A stretch of DNA of 64,000 nt from Octopus vulgaris (GCA_951406725.2 OX597820.1:68572001-68636000); one strand, 5' to 3'; positions 39,417 to 60,515 are shown, counted from the first letter of the stretch. Numbers and translations are program-made. Notes: generated by a model from the letters alone, not told the origin.

Positions 39417-39846
39417 TGTTCTTATATACACACAGTAAGACTCTACTTCTTTTAAATGACATTTCAACTTCGGAGAATTCGTGTTCTAGAGATAATCTAC
39501 TCCTCTAATATGGATCATGTCACAATTGGAATTCGATAATTGTGGACAAAACATCTCCAAGCAGAGATAATTACGATAAACTGGATATTTCTGTAACATG
39601 GAATATGATATGATTATATTAGTCGATGTTTATCATATACATGCTAGTGGCCACTAACTTATTTCTCATAGGTATATTTTTACGTGTGTGTATGTGTATA
39701 TATGAACCTACGTGTGCACGTATATATGTATGTGTGTATACTTACATGTATGTATGGATATTCCTAGGTATATATAATTAGGAACAAATATCAAGTACGA
39801 GTATGGTGCTTATTCCATAGTAGATGGAATAAATACATACATGCAC

Positions 39847-39880
<34 letters not shown>

Positions 39881-39944
39881 GTTTATGTATCTATCTATCT
39901 ATATGCTTATATACGTATGTACAACATTTATATATATATGTATG

Positions 39945-40001
<57 letters not shown>

Positions 40002-40068
40002 GTATATATATGTATGTATATATATATGTATGTATACACACACATATATATATATAATGTGTACGTAT

Positions 40069-40215
40069 GAAGGCGGTGGCGAGCTCACAGAAGACCGATG
40101 TCGACTTTGCCTTTAATCCTTGTAGGGTTGACAAAATAAGTACTCAAAGCGTTGATATCAACTTTCACTCTTCCCCAATTTTGCTGGCCTAGTACAAAAA
40201 TCTGAAATCAAAATA
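40069..40215 (+). mobile_element. SINE family B, internally deleted
   Basis: aaggcggtggcgagct...gtcgactttgcctttaatcct...aaaataagtac. Confidence 0.65.
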
Positions 40216-40225
40216 TATATCAGTG

Positions 40226-40265
<40 letters not shown>

Positions 40266-40273
40266 AACAAACA

Positions 40274-40350
<77 letters not shown>

Positions 40351-41237
40351 GGAGGGAGTGAGAGAGACGGGTAAAGAGTGTTCGTGCTTGTGGTCGAAAG
40401 AGAGAGAATGTCTCTTTATCTGCGTGTAGATACTTGTTTTTGAAAGCTTGTTTGCGTGTAATTTTGTGGGTGAACATAAATACGCATAAATGCATTTATG
40501 TGTGTGTCTGTGTGAGTTAGTTTTGAGAGGCAAGTGTGTAAAAATAGACAAGGCATTTGATGAACATGGATAGAATCCTCCCGCGGGAATTTGTTTTTGA
40601 ACTAACTGAACTGCTTGTCTAACTAACTGACTGACTGACTGACTGACTAGAAACGAGTTTTCATTACGGTTTCATGTAACAAGCATAACACCAGAAATGT
40701 GTGCATAAGTAACTATAGAGCAATGGCTGGGTAATAGATGTGCAGCGAGATGGGTTGGTGTGGTGTAGGCTCCAAAGGTTAGCCAGAAAAGGAGTGTGGG
40801 GGTCGGATGAGGCGTAAGTGTGCGAGGAGGAAAATAGTACACGAGATATACAGAAATATAAAGACTAATAAGACAAGGGAAGAAAAAGTGAAGATTAGTT
40901 TAGTAAAATATTTATGAGAGAAATAAAGCTTATATGTGTGTGTACATATGTGTCTATATTTGTATGTATGTATATATATATATGTTCATATGGGGGGGGG
41001 GGAGAGTATGTAACAATAACAGAAGTTTCATTGAGTGCCTGACTTGTTCAGTGTTGGGTGTTAAGCCATAACATCGAAAGTTCTGCCGCTAATAGTGTTA
41101 GGATATAATGAAATTTAACTTTCTCTGACTTTCGTCTTTTATTCAGTTACCTACTTTATGTATAAAAAGAATCATTGATACTGTATCTATCTGTCTCTTT
41201 GTCTGTTTGCCTGCCTATCACTCTGAAAATACACGCG

Positions 41238-41303
<66 letters not shown>

Positions 41304-41395
41304 TAAATATATATATATATACACATGCACACATGTTCACATACACACGTACACACACGCGTATACACACGTATATATATACAGAGATATATATG

Positions 41396-41442
<47 letters not shown>

Positions 41443-41463
41443 GATATGCATATGTATATATAA

Positions 41464-41523
<60 letters not shown>

Positions 41524-41589
41524 GTTTAAATTATGTATATGCATATATAAGACACAAGAGATTTACATTGGGAAAAATATAGACAGATA

Positions 41590-42125
41590 GTAGATCAATA
41601 TATAGGTAGATAGATAGATAGTGAAATGGTGAGTGAAGAGAAAGAAGAGAGGGGGATGAACGTGGCAGACAGAGAGAGAGAAGAGAAAAGACAGAGGGAA
41701 AGAGAGACACAGAGTGGGCTAGAGAGGGGGAGAGAGAGAAAGGGAGAGAGAGGGGGGGCGAGAGATGAAGTACTTGGCAAAGGTGGGTAGAGGAAGAAGT
41801 ACAGAAAAAGTTGCAAAATTAGGAATAAGAAATACGATCAACACAAAATTAACAAAAAAAGGACAAAAATAAAGAAACAAAAAATATAACTAAACATAGG
41901 GGAGGATGAGAAGAAAACGATGAGAAAACAGAAAAGAGAGGATAGAGGTAGAAAGAGAGGATAGAGGCAGAAGAAGAAGAAAGAGATATATAGGAAAGAA
42001 AAAGAATTGAGAAGAATGAAATACAATAATGGGACTAGCGAAGAAAGAGAAAGAATTGAAATGAAAGGAAAAGGGGAGGAGAATAAAGAGGAAGGTAGTT
42101 ATAGAGCGGAAGCAGAAAGCTGGAA
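41590..42125. repeat. Purine-rich low-complexity tract
   Basis: Strong A/G strand bias over about 530 bp. Confidence 0.8.
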
Positions 42126-42155
42126 CAATAACACAAAGTTAGCTAAGAAATACAT

Positions 42156-42211
<56 letters not shown>

Positions 42212-42368
42212 AAAGAAATAGAATAAAAATTTATAAAATCTAAAAAAAAATTTGTGATATAAAGACAACAGAAATATTAGTACCATGATAAATAAGCCAC
42301 GTAATATTTGCGCCGAGAAATCAACAAGCAACATTGTATGTGTGTATGTGTGTTTGTGTGTTTGTGTG

Positions 42369-42410
<42 letters not shown>

Positions 42411-43047
42411 AGTATGTGTGCGTGTGGCTGTACGTATGTAGATATATATGTGTGCTTTATGTACATGTACATATATACATATATTTGTATGTATATAGAC
42501 ACACACACACACCGACTCACACACACACCGACTCACACACACACATATATATATATACATATACATATAAAAATATATATGTATGTGGGTGTGTTTGTGT
42601 GTGTGTATGTGTGTGGGTATGTGTGTTTACAAGATTATACATACATAAATACAAATATTCAGTGTCTGTTTACATAGAATTAGATCGTTATCAATGACAA
42701 ACGAAGATTTTTGAAGCATACATAATGTCGTGTAAAGAAAACTAAATCTAAGATCAAAATTCTGAGCACACACACACACATATCCACACGCACACACGCA
42801 AGCATAAACACATACGCAAACACAGATACAAACACTTGCATAAGCTCATGTATATACACACACACGAACACGGTCATATATACAAATATGTATGTACATA
42901 GATATATATGTATGTATATATATTTATTTATTTATCTCAATATACATTCGAATATACACACATATAAGAACACAAATATATATGAGAATTGTACGTAAAT
43001 ATAATCAGACATATATAAATATAGAGGTATATACACATGCATATATA

Positions 43048-43142
<95 letters not shown>

Positions 43143-43563
43143 CAAAATTATAGGTATTATAAATATATATATATATTTATATATACACTTTAATATTTTT
43201 TACTCTTATTCCTTTCCTTTCAACCCTCTGCCTATGCTGGAGCAATGCTTACATATAAAATACGTTCTGTGCGATAGTGAGTGTGCGTGTATGTGTGTGT
43301 GTGGAATATATATACATAAATTCATTAAATATATATATATATGTAAAAATACTTTTTACACATGTTTTAAAACTATAAATGCTTACTTACACAAGTGTAT
43401 GTATGTATTATATATCACGAGATAATATAAAATTAAAATTTATGGTCATATAGTTATACACAGAAACATATGCAGATGCACATATATAGGAAGAATGCAT
43501 AAACACCCAACACCACGCACATATATATATCCACATATATGCATATATATGTATATATATATG

Positions 43564-43603
<40 letters not shown>

Positions 43604-43666
43604 TGCATAGGGAAATGTTAAGATAGTTATATAGACATTAAATATATATATAACAGATTCTATACG

Positions 43667-43767
<101 letters not shown>

Positions 43768-43876
43768 CATATATATATATATATATAAAATAAGAAAATG
43801 GAGAAATACATCCAAATCAAATATCAATTACCAGATAATACTCAATCACATACTTTATTAAACAACCCCTATCTCA

Positions 43877-43954
<78 letters not shown>

Positions 43955-44166
43955 TTATACATGCATACATATATAGAGATACGTATATAGTATGGTTAAA
44001 ACATATATGCAAATATGCATATATAGATATATGTATATATTTATATATAAGCATTTATGTACATTTATATAAATATCTACATCTTTCTATCTAGCTATCT
44101 ATCTCCAAATATATCTTCTATAATACGTATATATTTATTTATGTATACATAAAATATATGTATATA

Positions 44167-44225
<59 letters not shown>

Positions 44226-44234
44226 CTATCTATC

Positions 44235-44265
<31 letters not shown>

Positions 44266-44368
44266 CTATATACGTGTACATATATATAAATATATGTATA
44301 TATAAATATATATTTATATACATATCTGCATGCATACACGTGCAACATGATCTCACGGTAAACAAAAG

Positions 44369-44526
44369 GACACCAAGAAACAATTAAGGAAGAAGGCATG
44401 CGTATTTGGAACCTGGATGAAGTCTGGGAATATTATGACCAGCACGGTCATCATCATCATTTTAACGTACTTCATCGTCATAAACATCTCCACCATCCGC
44501 ATGAAGAAGAAAAACATGAGCTTTAA
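44369..44526 (+). CDS. Probable terminal coding exon of an ER-resident protein (His-rich tail, C-terminal KHEL)
   Basis: (G)[51 protein letters not shown]: an island of complex sequence among microsatellites. The 5' boundary is uncertain because the acceptor is weak. Confidence 0.6.
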
Positions 44527-44698
44527 CATCTTATTGAAGCATGTTAGTACATGTATGTATATATATATGTATGTATGTATGCATATATGTATACAAACAT
44601 AGAAAGGAAGATTTAAGAATGGGACTTAGGTATGTTGTTTATTTGTTAATTTCATGTATGGCTATATTGTTCACCCTGTTAATCTATCTATCTATCTC

Positions 44699-44763
<65 letters not shown>

Positions 44764-44862
44764 ATATATATATATGCATTATATATGTATATATATATGT
44801 ATATATATACATTTATATATATATGTTTACATCTATATAGATTTCTATGTATATCAATATAC

Positions 44863-44948
<86 letters not shown>

Positions 44949-44968
44949 ATATATATATATATATATAC

Positions 44969-45015
<47 letters not shown>

Positions 45016-45524
45016 TATATTTAATATGTCTGTATACATGCAAATATTTGTGTATGTGTGAATATTTTCATATACATGTCTTTATATCTATCTATTTGTG
45101 TATGTAGCTATATGTACACCCCCCACCACATATGGAATATATTTGCTTACATATTCATTTATATATCTCTGTGTTATATTGTAATTATATTTTGAATGTA
45201 TTGTCTGTTTATCTAACTAATTTTCTAATAGTTTCTCTCTCCACATATACATGCATATGTGCATGTGTATGCGTATATAAACCATACATACCCGCACATA
45301 CATAGGCACACACACACACACACAGACACAAACACACACAGACACACACACAAACACACACACACACATTTTTATGTGTAAGCGTTCGTTGCTGTCACCG
45401 TATATTATGGTTCTCGTTCCTGTCAATGATTTAACAAGTTTTGAACTGATAAAATATATACTTTGAAACTTTGCAAACCATTATTTTTATTATTGCAGTT
45501 TTTCTTCTTACAAATAATATAATC

Positions 45525-45700
<176 letters not shown>

Positions 45701-45723
45701 ATATATATATATATAGTATATAT

Positions 45724-45782
<59 letters not shown>

Positions 45783-45841
45783 CCTACACATGGAATTTGA
45801 ACACACGGACGCACACAAGGACATGCTCACCTACATATACG

Positions 45842-45889
<48 letters not shown>

Positions 45890-45921
45890 TTATATATGTG
45901 TGTGCATGTGTATATACATAC

Positions 45922-45953
<32 letters not shown>

Positions 45954-46206
45954 TTATTCATTTATTTATATCTACATACACACAGTCAATCTCATATGGC
46001 TATGTGGAAATGCATACGAAATAGTCACAATTAGAAACAGAATCATGATGATCCTCCAACGACAGACATACTCTACACGTATATATATATCCTTAAATTT
46101 ATTGTGAGAATTATATATTATAAAAGTAATTAAAGAAAAGATATTGAATATCTAGATATAGACACGCAAGCAATCGTACATATATATGTGCATGTATATA
46201 TATCTA

Positions 46207-46317
<111 letters not shown>

Positions 46318-46532
46318 ATATATATTGAGAATCAGGAGGCAGTCTAAGATTTTGGAGAATCCTTTATTATCGCTTTCGTACGTTTTTTGAACTCCTCAAG
46401 ACAAAATAAGAATCCAAATGATCTGATTTAGTCTTGCCGAGTTCGAAAAACGAGCGATTGCTCTGATAAGGTGTTATCCAAAATTGTGATTATCCACACA
46501 CACACACACACACACCCACATACATAAACACA

Positions 46533-46588
<56 letters not shown>

Positions 46589-46630
46589 CACACACACACA
46601 CACACAAACGCACACATACACATACACACA

Positions 46631-46682
<52 letters not shown>

Positions 46683-46959
46683 AACATACATATATGCATA
46701 TACATATTTATATATACATAGGCATATATATATATTTCACATATATTCATTTATAGATAGACAGATGTACATGCATACAAATCATAAAACTTCCACGCGT
46801 TTATGTTTCCGGTGATGAGCCCAAACTTAAATCGTCAATAGATTTCAACGTAAATACTATTAAAATCTGTAAAAATGTCCTTATTTTCATCTCATATGAA
46901 ATGCTCTATTGCCTGCATTATATCTTCATGATATTATATATAATTCTTCTATAAATGTT

Positions 46960-47110
46960 ATACTAAGGTATTTTCTCTCGAAGCATTTCGTTCTGGGTTC
47001 AGTCCCAGTGCGTGGTAGGTTGGACAAATGTTCTCTGATAGAGCTCCCAGCTGACAAAATCCTTGTGTGTACATTTATCAGAGACAAACTGAAAGAAGCT
47101 TGCAGTGTAT
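46960..47110 (+). mobile_element. SINE family A head, degenerate
   Basis: gggttcagtcccagtgcgtgg...aaactgaaagaagc. Confidence 0.65.
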
Positions 47111-47260
47111 ACACACACACAGACCCACACGCACACACACAGACTCCCCCATGTATATACATGTATGTATATGTATTTACACACACACGCACACATATAT
47201 ATGTGTGTGTGTGTGTTTATGTGTGAGTATATAATATATGTGAAAGTCATACATACATAC

Positions 47261-47296
<36 letters not shown>

Positions 47297-48006
47297 ATGT
47301 GTGTGTGCGTGCGTGTGTGTGTGTTTGTGTGAGCATGTAGTACGTGTGTATATGTATTTATGTGGGTCTCTGTGTATAATAGATTGGTTGCCTCTGTATA
47401 TAAGCTTATATATATATATATATATATACATACATACACACACACACACACACATACACACACACACACACACACATATATATATTTATATATATATATA
47501 TATATATATGAAAGAATAAGCAATATATGTACATATGTGATAAGCAGACTTCTAGTTAAAGATGGACACCTTAATCTGCAAATGTGCCTAATTATCTCAA
47601 CATATACTCAGATTTCATACATAGTAATGAACACAAATATTTACTAATTGATATTAACAAAACATTTAATACTTTATACAAGGAAAGCTCTTGCTCTAAA
47701 TTATAATATAAAACATATTGTTCAAACACGCATATATAATTTGCGCTTATGTATGGTGCAGAAACAAATGTTGTAATTTGCAATTAAAACCTGTTTTTCC
47801 ATCTTCGTGTTTATATATTTCATTACGTAAATGAAAGGAAACGTGTGATTATGTTATGTAGCTAATGAAGTATATTACGTAATTGTCGTTCATTTAATCT
47901 ATTATTACGTACTGTATTAGACTAACACCTTTTTTTCAAGCATATTCATGTTGAGTTCTAACATCAGATTATAAGTATCACTTCACGTATTTAACATTCT
48001 ATCTAT

Positions 48007-48080
<74 letters not shown>

Positions 48081-48243
48081 GTCTGTCTGTCTGTCTGTTT
48101 GCCTGTCTGTCTGTCTGTCTATTTTTCCATCCATACATGTAACTATCTATCTCTATCTATCTTTCAATATATATATTCATGTTTGTATAAAAACATGCAT
48201 AAAAGCATACATATATATATGTATATGTAAATGTAAATATATA

Positions 48244-48303
48244 AGGCGGTGCTCCAGCATGGCCGCAGTCAAATGACTGAAACAAGTAAAAGAGTAAAAG
48301 AGT
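48244..48303 (+). mobile_element. SINE-A/CR1 3' tip
   Basis: AGGCGGTGCTCCAGCATGGCCGCAGTCAAATGACTGAAAC followed by (taaaagag)2. Confidence 0.8.
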
Positions 48304-48384
48304 ATATATATATATATATACAGACACATATACATATATGTATATCTTTACATATGTATATATATATATATGCATACATATATT

Positions 48385-48443
<59 letters not shown>

Positions 48444-48479
48444 CTATATATATATATATATATACACACACGCACATTC

Positions 48480-48737
48480 CTTTATTATTCTACTTGTTTC
48501 AGTCATTTGACTGCGGTCTTGCGGGGGCATCGCCTTCAAAGAATTGTAGGATTTTCGGTCGACAAATCGACAAATCGACCCCAGATGTTCCTCTTTTTAA
48601 GTTCTTCTCTATCGGTCCCTTATGTTGATTCACTAAGTTACAGTGACATAAATACAGCAAAATCTGTTCTAATGCAATGTTAGACACGCACAAGGGCACG
48701 AAGACACACACAGTACATGTACACACACACACACACA

Positions 48738-48794
<57 letters not shown>

Positions 48795-48950
48795 ATATAT
48801 ATACGGCGGGCTTCTTTCAATTTCCGTCTACCAAATCCATTCACAAGTATTCGGTCAAATCGAGACCGTACTAGAAGAGACTCTCCGAAGGTTCCACGCA
48901 ATAGGACTGAACCCGGAACCATGTGGTTTGGAAGCAAGGTTCTTATAACA
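48480..48950 (-). mobile_element. SINE family A, near full length
   Basis: Head (ccacatggttccgggttcagtcc), internal (TG)n and tail. Confidence 0.8.
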
Positions 48951-48985
48951 TATCCATATCAATACATACATATACATACATATAC

Positions 48986-49022
<37 letters not shown>

Positions 49023-49033
49023 TACATACATAC

Positions 49034-49140
<107 letters not shown>

Positions 49141-49316
49141 AGAGGTGTTTAAAACCACTAAGGAATTGTTAAATCCAAAGGCGCTTCTGGAGATTACCTA
49201 CGTAGGTTCAGGCCTTGGTTTTAAAGTTATACCTTCTTCTTGCATATATACATATATATTTCTCTCTCTATAATTCTGTATATATATATATATACATATA
49301 TATTTCTCTCTCTATA

Positions 49317-49354
<38 letters not shown>

Positions 49355-49790
49355 CATATAGAGAGAAATATGTATGTATATATTTATTGTTATTCTTGCA
49401 GTAGTCATGAATAAATAATCGAAAACAGGTGACATAGAATCCGTTTAACCACAGCACTTTTTAAATAATAGGAATGTAGCGTGTAGAAAATTTCTTTACT
49501 CTAAAAGTTTTCGAAATTTTAGTATCAAATATGACTTTAGCGACTATCATATATTATTTCTTGCTATTTCTAAATAAATGTCTGCATGTACAGAATTTCT
49601 GGACGTATATGTTTTATGTCGGAATTAAGGAGTTTTGGAAGAATGTAACAATCGTGTATATATATATAAATAAAAATGTATGTGCATCTACACAATTATT
49701 CTAGTCATAAAAAATAACATATATTCATGAAGATAATAATACGTATATCGTAACATATGGAAATAGAGAACATCATAAATAAGTAAATGA

Positions 49791-55044
<5,254 letters not shown>

Positions 55045-55164
55045 AGAGAGGTAGGCCCCATACACTTACTGGCTTCCGGTATGTGGAGGTTTTGACTGGT
55101 AGCACCTGCATGTGCAAGTTGTTTGCAAGACATATATAAATATATACATGCTTACATATAGATA

Positions 55165-56195
55165 TAACTCTTTAACTCTTTAATTGTTTCAACTTTAAAT
55201 CTTCGGTCATACTGACCCACCACCGTTGGCTGTGTTACACCATTATTCGTAACCTCGTCTGATATATGGCATTCAGTGAATGAAGGGGTCTGTTGCTGCT
55301 GTTCTGAGTGGTGTTTCCTGCCATGGAAACCTTGACAGGAGCAGATCCAGTTTTCCATTGAAGACACCTAAATCAAGTTTTGCTTTGAAGACCCCTAAAT
55401 CCACACCATGCTGGCCTCTCAGGAATTTTGGCAGGATATTGAAGAGCTGTGGTCCCTTGAAACCCAAGTTGTTGCAGTATCTGCTTCTCTATTTTCACGG
55501 CGAGGCTCGTAATGTACAACGCCAAAGTTTGGTTAAAATCTTCCAGGATTTTCCAGATGCATATCGCCGCATATTTGTCCTGCTTTCGCTTTATGGAGAA
55601 AAGTTTGAACTCATTCAGTCCTTCTCAGTAGCTTATATGTTACATTGAGACGATTTCCTTCGTGTACCTTCGTTAGATTCCGTCATATTCCACCGTTAAT
55701 CTTAAACTGTATAGTGACCATTGCCAGGCCGTTAATGACATATGTTCTCCAAAGGGCCATCATAGTTTTCTTTTTCCTCGTCTTAATACCCACCTGGAAA
55801 TAAGCATCACTACTGATGTCCAGGTCACGCGTTGATTTTGATTCAGGAATTGCAGTTCTTCCTTGGTCAGTGTATCCTGTCTGCATGTCGTTCAGCTTTA
55901 TGTGCTGATAGAGCAGGGCTTGGAATTTTCCTGCATTAACCTGAATGTTGTTGTTCTCAGCTCGCCTGTACATTGCGTCCAGCTCTCCTTGGAGATGCGC
56001 AACATTTCTATGGTTCTGAATTGTCTCAGAGACTTTTGTGTCATCTGCACAGCCAGCTAGGGTAGCTATTCGAGCTGCAGGTGGCATGTCTAAGAGAGCC
56101 ATTATAAATATCAGTAACCATAAGTCAGTGCCCTGTGCAACACCAGTTACTATTTGTGTTTCCATTGAGATGTCTCTATTGGCCACTACCGCCTA
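55165..56195 (-). mobile_element. CR1-group LINE fragment including the RT core
   Basis: TGVAQGT.L.LLIF, CADDTKV, LQGELD.MY..AENNN..VN.GKFQ, GFKGPQLFNILPK. Confidence 0.9.
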
Positions 56196-56196
56196 T

Positions 56197-56231
<35 letters not shown>

Positions 56232-56272
56232 CATATACTTACATGCATATATATATGTACATATATATATTT

Positions 56273-56317
<45 letters not shown>

Positions 56318-56339
56318 CACATATATACATATATGTATA

Positions 56340-56407
<68 letters not shown>

Positions 56408-56429
56408 CACATATATATATATATACATA

Positions 56430-56825
56430 TAGTAGAAGACACTTCCCCAAGGTGCCACGAAGTGGGACTGAACGCGGAATCATGTGGTTCGTAAGCAAGC
56501 TACTTACACACAGCGACTTCTGAGCTTGCGTATATATATATATATCGTCCTATTTGCCGAACTGCTAAGTTACGAGAACGTAAGTACACTAGTACTAGTG
56601 GTAAGTCTGTGATGGGGGACAAATACACACACAAACACACGCACATATATACATGTATATGACAGACTTTCTCCAGTTTCTGTCCACCAGATCTACTCAA
56701 AAGTTTTTTTTTTATCGGCTAGACTATATAGATGCAATCTGCGCAAGATGTCACGCAGTCAGACTGAACCTGGAACAATGTGGTTGGGAAGGAAGCTTCT
56801 TTCTACACACCCAGATCTTCGCCTA
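56430..56825 (-). mobile_element. SINE family A pieces (head at 56430-56530; older copy at 56545-56825)
   Basis: agtagaagacacttccccaaggtgccacg...; tttgccgaactgctaagttacg. Confidence 0.7.
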
Positions 56826-57151
56826 TACATGTATACATGTGATTATTCAAATGACGGACAAATATTTTTAGGTGTAACTAAAATGAACTTAGTTAAGGCT
56901 TTACATAGACATTAAAATTGCAATATTGAAATGTAGCTTACCAGCCGTTTCCAGGGTGCGATTACTTTCTTATGATATACATCATGCAAGCAGTTTTATA
57001 TAATGAGGCAATAATTACAAACAACGTAAAGGCAACAACATTATCAATTCCATGAAACACGACAAGGGAATAAGCTGAAAACATTGCATAATATTCACGT
57101 CGGAACGATGAAGTTATATATACTTACAAAGTACACAGAAACACGCACTCG

Positions 57152-57202
<51 letters not shown>

Positions 57203-57205
<3 letters not shown>

Positions 57206-57582
57206 TTACTCTTTTAATTGTTTCAGTAATTTGACTGCAGCCATGCTGGAGCACAGCCTTTAGTCGAGCAAATCGATCCCAAGACTTATTCTTTGTAAGC
57301 CTAGTACTTATTCTATCGGTCTCTTTTGCCGAACCGCTAAGTTACGGGGACGTAAACACACCAGCATCGGTTGTCAAGCGATGTTGGGTGGACAAACACA
57401 GACACACAAACACACACACACACACATACACACATACATAAACACACACACATACACACACATATATATATATATACATATAGTAGAAGACACTTGCCCA
57501 ACGTGTCACGCAGTGGGACTGAAAGCGGAACCATGTGGTTCGTAAACAAGCTGCTTACACACAGCGAATTCTGCGCCTGCGT
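57203..57582 (-). mobile_element. SINE family A with head, internal microsatellite and tail
   Basis: Matches the join of 3992-4090 and 6009-6240. Confidence 0.85.
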
Positions 57583-57968
57583 ATATATATACATATACAT
57601 GTACACACACACACACATATATATATACACACATGTACACATATATGTATACATACATGCATATATATGTCTATAAACACAGAGACATACGCAAACAAAC
57701 TGTTACGCAATGTGATGTAAATAAATACGTTTAAGTTATAGTTATTGAATTAGAATTTAATGGATTTGGTATGAACGCTTTATTTCTGCGTATATTGGTA
57801 CAATATGCGATTATATATGTGTCTATATAAATATATGTGTGTGTATATAAATATATATGTATATATATATATATATATACATATCTATATATACACACAC
57901 GCATATATATATAGCGAGAGAGAGAGGAGGGGAGAGAGAAAGAAGGACTGATGTAAATAGATAGAGAA

Positions 57969-58009
<41 letters not shown>

Positions 58010-58500
58010 ATTGATAGGGAGCTATGTGAATAGGTAGCTAACCACATATATGAAGATAGAGAAGGAATGATAAACCACGAATCTATTTTCCTCCACAGAA
58101 TACTTATGAACCTGAAGCTAAAAGTGGAATGCAAAAAATAGAAACAAGTTGAAATACAGATTTGAAGAAATTCTCTGATTAATGATTATAAATGTTTGAT
58201 TCATATACAGAATACACGTTATGAATATTATGATACTACTTTGGCATTTTACATTTTGTTTTACAATGTATGCTTCGTGTCAGGCTCACGCTCATGTAAT
58301 GATTATGATGTTTTGCTGACGTCTCTGATGTATTAACTTCCTTGTTAAATCTCTAGCGCAAAGCTATCTACTCTAAATCACAAAACCAGACTTGCTATCG
58401 TAGCAAACGTTTCGAGTACGACTTCATTCACAATGACATGTGAAACTGCTGAAATATGATGGCATCTGGGACATAAGTCAAGTTATCTATCTATCTATCA

Positions 58501-58597
<97 letters not shown>

Positions 58598-59419
58598 CCG
58601 ACTTATGTATGTATGTATCTATCAATTTATCTATCTACCTATCTATCTCACAACGTATATATATATATATATATAAATGCACACACATATAAATGAAAGA
58701 AGAAATAAAGAGAGAGAGAGAGAGACAGAGAGAGACAGAGAGAGACAGAGACAGAGGCAGAGAAAGAGAGAGAGACAGTGTAAATGTGTTTATACTTTTG
58801 AAAAGCAAAGCAACAGAACGCAGGTAAAATGAAATGGTTCGTCCATTTATCTTATATTTCGATATTTCGGAGTCAAGACCTCCTCTTCCCTGAATGTGGT
58901 GAAAGTAATTTGGAAATCTCGTGCTATAAGCCAGCTTCTCCGCTTTGTAGTGTGTTTAACACTGTTTATATAGAGCAGCGGTGCTTAAATTATGCAGAAC
59001 TGTATTGCAATAATAACCAGTCAACTATCTGCACCTCAATTCTGTTGGTAATACAACTTTTTCTGTCGCTAATGATGAAGGCTTCTTTTATTCCAAGACT
59101 CTCAATTTTGCGCCCCGTGGGGTCAGTGATGATTTGGGTGAAACCTTTCTGTAGGAGTTTTGAAAGGAATGAAATATAAGTATGTAATCTAGACATCGAA
59201 TAGTACATCTAAATTATCACCAGCTTTGACTCATATTCAGTCCACCCTACATAAAATGCTAGGCTTATTGAGGAGAATAGAAAAAGAAGCAATTATATCG
59301 CTTCTAATGCTAGTCTAACACTTCACCCTATCAACAACTCAGGGAGGATAACATGGAAATGTAATCTCAGCCACATTACATAGGAGAAATTCTATGTGAT
59401 ATCTGTTCGGAACAGATCT

Positions 59420-59712
59420 AAAATTTTAGTGCGCAAAAAGTAAGTATTAGACCCACATCTGTATAATATTTTTCCAAGGAACCTGAGGGATCTATATCGA
59501 CGAGGAATAGATGTTTTCAAGAAGTATGTTGACCGTTTGCTGACCAAAATACGAGATGAGTTTGTATTGCTGCAAGAAACTCACATTAGGGCAATAATAT
59601 GAAATTCCCTTATTAATCAAAAGTCAACCATATGAAAATGGAGATTGAGATGGTGGTGAAAATGACCTTGCCCCAATGTGGTCGCAGCCATTCGGGTTAG
59701 ACACATAAAGGA
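59420..59712 (+). mobile_element. Old CR1 LINE 3' fragment
   Basis: PHLYNIFPRNLRDLY..IDVFKKYVDRLLTKIRDE plus a degenerate tail. Confidence 0.65.
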
Positions 59713-60231
59713 AATGAGGTTTAACTCGACACAAATCTCATTTGCATATCATAGCGATCTTACACTCTCACCAAAGGCATTATTGTGATTATTTAGTCCA
59801 CCTTTTGCCCTGTACAAGCTCATGTGTGACCAAAAGCATTTTAGTCATGATAATCTGATAATTTTACAAACTTTTCCCCACATAGATCCAAGTTTACTTC
59901 CTTTCTGTGAAGATATTCGGGTGTAATTTGTACGAGATTTTGTTTTAAATTCTTGTAGTTTGAGTTCCTCATAAAACTATATTCATTGGTTCCTCTAAAT
60001 GTTGCTATGGTTCTTTTGTAAACTGAGATCAAATTCGACCAGGTACGCATCCCAATCATGACCGATCTCGTTGTCTTTTAATAAATTAAGATTGAGAAAG
60101 GTGTATGTAATTAAATCGTTATTATATTCATTACTATTTAAAAGAAGAAACTATAAATTCTTCCGCTTACGTTTACCGATCTTTAGCGGGAACAAAATTC
60201 GTGTATATATATATATACACGAATTTTGTTC

Positions 60232-60281
<50 letters not shown>

Positions 60282-60299
60282 GTGTGTGTGTTTAAGTGA

Positions 60300-60515
60300 A
60301 AGTGTATCTTTGTGTGTGTTTCCTCCATCACCGCTTTAGAAATGGAATCGGTGTGTTTGCATCCCCATAAACTAGCAGTTCGAAAAGAAAGACTGATAGA
60401 ATAAAAGTTTTTTTAAGAAAAAAAAGTGCTAGTGATGATTCGTTTGACGAAGATTCTACAATGCAGTGCACCAGCATAGACACAATCTAATGACCGAAAC
60501 AAACAAAAATATACA
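60300..60515 (+). mobile_element. SINE family A tail, degenerate
   Basis: cggtgtgtttgcatccccataac...gactgatagaata...ccagcatag...gaccgaaac. Confidence 0.6.

Noticed and set aside
44417-44602. [20 protein letters not shown]…
   Set aside because: Alternative frame overlapping the more convincing KHEL-ending frame, and it runs into microsatellite.
58990-59208. Minus-strand ORF with acceptor-like site (KGFTQIITDPTGRKIESLGIKEAFII…)
   Set aside because: Only a vague resemblance to a GIY-YIG C-terminus and no convincing donor; cannot assign.
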